Shown here piece by piece: positions 63,672-64,000 of a stretch of DNA of 64,000 bases. Each line of letters starts with the position of its first letter. The first letter of the stretch is position 1. The position numbers and the translations under genes are program-made. The DNA is from Vitrella brassicaformis CCMP3155 (taxonomy: Eukaryota > Protista > Chromerida). The notes beneath the pieces were generated by a model. It did no database searches and was not told the origin of the DNA. It saw only the letters and a list, made by a program, of their open reading frames with translations. The DNA lies in the NCBI GenBank assembly GCA_001179505.1, contig CDMY01000441.1, positions 12,071-76,070 on the forward strand, given 5' to 3'.

Positions 63672-63874
63672 GAAGAAGAAGAAGAAGAAGAAGAAGAAGG
63701 AAGAAGAAGAAGAAGAAGAAGAAGAAGAAAGAAGAAGAAGAAGAAAGAAGAAGAAGAAGAAAGAAGAAGAAGAAGAAAGAAGATGAAGAAGAAAGAAGAT
63801 GAAGAAGAAAGAAGATGAAGATGAAAGAAGATGAAGAAGAAAGAAGATGAAGAAGAAAGAAGATGAAGAAGAAA
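63672..63874 (+). repeat. About 200-bp (GAA)n purine tract with GAAA/GAT interruptions
   Basis: Directly visible; the 3' half has a higher-order GAAGAAAGAAGAT-type unit. Confidence 0.95.
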
Positions 63875-64000
63875 GGGGGAAGAGAGAAACTGTCATTAAC
63901 CGTAACACTCGTCTGTGTGTCCGTGATACTCATACAAATACAGTCCCATCAGCACGCAGAGTCAAACAGGCTCAAGGGGAGGAGGGATCAATCCCCGCCC

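Noticed and set aside
63478-63933. Poly-Lys/Glu and poly-Phe/Ser ORFs
   Set aside because: They are translations of the GAA/TTC microsatellite with no splice or homology support.
1-64000. CRISPR arrays, rRNA, tRNA or an autonomous mobile element
   Set aside because: I saw no spaced direct repeats, RNA-gene signatures, or transposase/RT/integrase catalytic motifs. The repeats are microsatellites or low-complexity coding tracts.

Overview
This is a gene-dense, intron-rich eukaryotic window with no prokaryotic features. Short introns are filled with (GT)n, (GA)n, GACA and GGAT microsatellites, and there is a 300-N assembly gap at 46015-46314. Intron style, AP2-domain proteins, a BTB-TLDc protein and a gustatory-receptor-like gene point to a chromerid alveolate, most likely Vitrella brassicaformis (inference). 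I rebuilt about 19-20 spliced genes by hand, so exon boundaries are approximate. In order: KirBac/Kir-like channel, TTC4/Cns1, secreted knottin-containing protein, SRSF3/7-like protein, RS plus helical-repeat protein, F-box-like protein with an in-frame TGA, RE-repeat protein, degenerate-SET plus AP2 protein, GH31 sulfoquinovosidase-like enzyme, urease, secreted coiled-coil/Cys protein, SETMAR-like methyltransferase, PPAT-HD fusion, gustatory-receptor-like 7TM channel, Ulp2-like SUMO protease, HTH plus multi-AP2 protein, BTB-TLDc protein, SLC25 carrier and one or two hypotheticals. Most provided ORFs are antisense or off-frame shadows. The strongest leads are the apparent pseudo-SET/AP2 fusion, the Kir-like channel lacking the GYG filter, the signal-peptide-bearing sulfoquinovosidase variant 123 bp head-to-head with urease, the PPAT-HD fusion, and the insect-chemoreceptor-like channel. 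All family calls rest on motif recognition; no database searches were run.
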